A stretch of 64,000 nucleotides of DNA from positions 11,160,001 through 11,224,000 of the forward strand of contig NC_090363.1 of the NCBI RefSeq assembly GCF_035084215.1, in the 5' to 3' direction. How positions within the stretch are numbered: position 1 is the first letter of the stretch; each line of letters opens with the position of its first letter. Below are positions 62,590 to 64,000 of the stretch, piece by piece. The notes under the pieces were generated by a model. It was not told the DNA's origin, did no database searches, and was given only the letters and a program-made list of their open reading frames with translations. A program made the position numbers and the translations under genes. Source of the DNA: Heptranchias perlo. Its lineage: Eukaryota.

Positions 62590-64000
62590 CTCATCTACAA
62601 GCAGAAGGGGAGAGGGAAGAAATCAGAAATTGGCAATCCATTTCCTTGCTAAATATCGACTACAAAGTTCTGTCTAAGTCCATCGCCAAAAGGCTCAAGT
62701 CTGCTCTGGAGTTGGTGATCCTCCCCGGTTAGAGCTGCACTGTGCCTGGCAGGGCGATCTCTAATCGCCTTGCGCTGCTCAGGGATAAGATCACCTAAGT
62801 GTAGGACAGAGGGGTGAACACCTGCCTCATCAGCTTGGACAAGGAGGAGGCGTTCGACAGAATATCCACCACGTACATGATGGGCGTGTTCTCCAAAATG
62901 GGGCTTAGGGAGGGAATCCGTGAATGGATCCGACTGCTCTGTGCAGATATCAGTAGCACAGTCCTAATCAATGGGTGGGAATCGGAGAGCTTTCCAATCA
63001 GATCTCGAATCAGGTAGGGCTGTCCTCTGTTTGCAGTCTTGTTCATATATTGCATCGAACCGTTTGCCTTGTCCATCACCAAGGATGCAGGTGTCAGCAG
63101 GTGACGATCCCAGGCTCACAGGTTAAGGCTTCCCTGTACATGGAGGATGTTACGGTTTTTTGCACCGATCATTGGTCGGTACACAGACAGATGGGCACCT
63201 GCAACCAGATTGAGCTGGCCTCGGGGGCTAGAGTGAACTGAAATAAGACAGCGGCCATGTTCATTGGCAGGTGGGCAACCCGATCCTTTGTCCCCTTCAC
63301 TATCAGGTCTTACGACCTGAATGTGCTGGGGATCTGGTTCGGGGGGCCTCAGGCCTGCACCAAGAACTGTGGGGAGTGGGTCACCATGGCCAACAAAGGT
63401 TTGGTATTTGGGTGGGGGTGGGGGGGGGCGCGCTCCCTCTCCATAACCAGCAGGAACCTGGTGATAAGACGTGAGGTGCTCGTGGTGTTGATCTACATGG
63501 TCAAGTTCTGACCCATTCCCTGCCATCACAGTCACCTGAGATTTCGTGCACTTTGTCAAGGTGGACCACACACACTGGGACACCATGTACAAGACCCCAG
63601 ACAAAGGGGGTAAGGGCGTCCCCAATGCCACCTGATCCTAATGGCCACCTTTGTGTGTGGCTGCCTCAGGATGTGTGTAGAGCGCCTATACGCAAACACC
63701 AGGTGTCACTACCTGCTGAACTTCTATCTGTCCACCACACTGAGAAGACTGGTCTGGCCACGCTGGCCGAGCAGACGCGGGCTGTCCCATCCAGCTGGTC
63801 CGTACCCCACCATCTGTCCCAGGTGGAGAAGTTCCTGAGGAGATCCACTTCGACCACAAGGCCGTCAGACACTGATCGGCACTGAAAGTTCTGTATGTTC
63901 TGCAGGGAAGGGAGAAGGTGGATCTGATCGGGTAGTTCTCCGACCAGACGGCCGATGCCATTTGGCAGAAGGTCTGGTCACCAGAACTGACCTGCAGGCA
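62590..64000 (+). mobile_element. Tx1/L1-clade ORF2 relic, unit 3 (runs off window)
   Basis: LISLDKEEAFDR at 62814..63017; colinear with 40670 onward. Confidence 0.75.

Larger units (their letters stand above)
52350..64000. repeat. Tandem segmental duplication unit 3 (partial)
   Basis: Colinear with units 1 and 2; runs off the window in the Tx1 ORF2 relic. Confidence 0.95.

Noticed and set aside
1-64000. Units as haplotype or assembly duplicates
   Set aside because: Units differ by many substitutions and distinct large indels, far beyond allelic or error levels.

Overview
Vertebrate genomic DNA, most likely from a cartilaginous fish (inferred from the GPR139-like two-exon receptor and the repeat families). 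The window is a tandem segmental duplication with about 2.5 units; equivalent positions are 1, 27749 and 52350. Each unit carries one minus-strand six-coding-exon RING/B-box/coiled-coil/PRY-SPRY TRIM gene: copy A is cut by the window edge, and copies B and C are complete 476-aa ORFs. Each unit also carries a GPR139-like GPCR pseudogene and shared decayed Tx1-like, CR1-like and MITE elements; a Harbinger element lies in TRIM intron 5. Unit 1 alone contains an internally deleted class I endogenous retrovirus (3349-12085; tRNA-Ile PBS, MA, integrase, gamma-type env) whose 3' LTR is split by a 3-kb LINE. Most notable: an env with an extra cysteine-rich, furin-delimited N-terminal module; loop-focused PRY-SPRY divergence; a RING zinc-ligand loss in TRIM copy B; a ~687-bp near-perfect inverted duplication in a TRIM intron; and an A-B-A higher-order duplication pattern. 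All alignments and counts were done by eye.
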